Shown in pieces: positions 63,023 through 64,000 of a stretch of 64,000 bases of DNA. Origin of the DNA: Octopus vulgaris. Taxonomy: Eukaryota. Made by a program: the position numbers and the translations under genes. The notes beneath the pieces are model-generated. The model ran no database searches. It saw only the letters and a list, made by a program, of their open reading frames with translations, and was not told the origin of the DNA. The DNA is taken from the NCBI GenBank assembly GCA_951406725.2, contig OX597837.1:17174001-17238000 (forward strand). The letters run 5' to 3'. Positions within the stretch are counted from its first letter, which is position 1, and each line of letters starts with the position of its first letter.

Positions 63023-64000
63023 AAACAAGTCAAAATAGAAAATGCTAAAATAATTTTATAAAGAACATTTCAGTACCGGTTTCGGTCATTTTGAGACCTT
63101 TTCAACTGTATCGATTAAATAATTAAATTTAGAAAAATTAGAAGAAAAGTTTTTTTAAAGGAATATTTGTATAGTGTTCAGATATAAGTGGCATTCTGCC
63201 TTTCTCTAACTCCCTTGTTTGCACTTGTGTGTTCGAGGTCGTTGTGAATTCTTGGTAGGGTAGAAGAAGAAGAAGGCTGATGAGGAGAGGGGGTGGAAAA
63301 ATTTGGGAGTGCCTTGATTGTTGTATTTTGAATGGTCAGTGACGGTTAGCAGTTGCAGTTCAATTCAGGAGAATATTTCTATTGAGAGGTTTGTTTATGG
63401 AATTTGCGTAGGTGTTTTACTAAAAAGCATTAGTGATAAAGTTAAGAGGTAGAAGGTGGAGCAGAAGAAGAAGAAGATGACGATGATGATGATGATGATG
63501 AAGAAGAAGGAGAAGAAGAAGATGATGATGATGATGATGGTGGTGATGATGATGACGACGATGATGATGATAATGATGATGATGAAGAAGAAGAGGTGAA
63601 GAAGAAAACAGAGAAGGGAGAATATGAATGGGTGAAAGTAGTGAGGTGTTGTATGACTTGAAGTTGGTATGTTATGGATTATAGCTGTGATTGGGGCTGA
63701 TTAGTAATGGATTCTTTGGAATGTAATATTTGTGTGTGTATTTCTTTTATTCTAAAGTTGAGGTATATTAATCGTTTGTCGTAGACCCGTTAAGAAGTGG
63801 CCTGTATTTTGTAATAAAGAGAGTTTCTTTATTGTCTCGAAGTTGTATCGTCCCTAAATTGGTAGAGGGGGAAAATCCTGAAACTTGGTGTTTTGTTGTT
63901 GGCGCAAGTATCTATGTGTTGGCTAAAAGCTATTTTTCTGTTTTGGGGAATTTTTATCTGGGATCTGTGCAGGGCCATTCTTTTACGCAAACTATTTTTT
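63020..64000 (-). mobile_element. Penelope-like 3' remnant with degenerate hammerhead, interrupted by a (GAT/GAA)n tract
   Basis: Minus-strand IKETLFITKYRPLLN; cag TTGAAAA ggtc..gacc GAAAC cg GTA ctg at 63108-63071; triplet repeats at 63460-63610. Confidence 0.6.

Noticed and set aside
63460-63610. Poly-Asp/Glu coding tract
   Set aside because: (GAT/GAA)n simple repeat within a PLE remnant, with no ORF or splice context.

Overview
Eukaryotic, AT-rich, repeat-dense genomic DNA. The SINE, microsatellite and retroelement complement points to a cephalopod (Octopus-like) genome; this is an inference. The only host gene I can support is the 3' part of TRAPPC9 (NIBP/Trs120) on the + strand. It has nine phase-compatible GT-AG exons (596-733, 6189-6253, 24425-24567, 26867-26977, 30696-30855, 35867-35960, 38091-38192, 48692-48813, 50360-50656) that splice into about 409 uninterrupted codons ending in TAA, with AATAAA signals downstream. 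Intron 30856-35866 carries U12 (minor spliceosome) signatures. Almost everything else is mobile DNA: two TIR-bounded mariners, piggyBac, hAT and Gypsy remnants, CR1/L2-like, RTE, Hero and R4/Dong LINEs, Penelope-like elements (PLEs), Helitron-like non-autonomous elements, MITEs and several SINE families, often nested. The most notable unannotated layer is RNA structure: about ten hammerhead-ribozyme-like motifs (one textbook-intact at 61559-61609), long fold-backs just upstream of exon 8, and tandem pseudoknot-like modules in one repeat family. All family assignments come from motifs recognised by eye, not from database searches.
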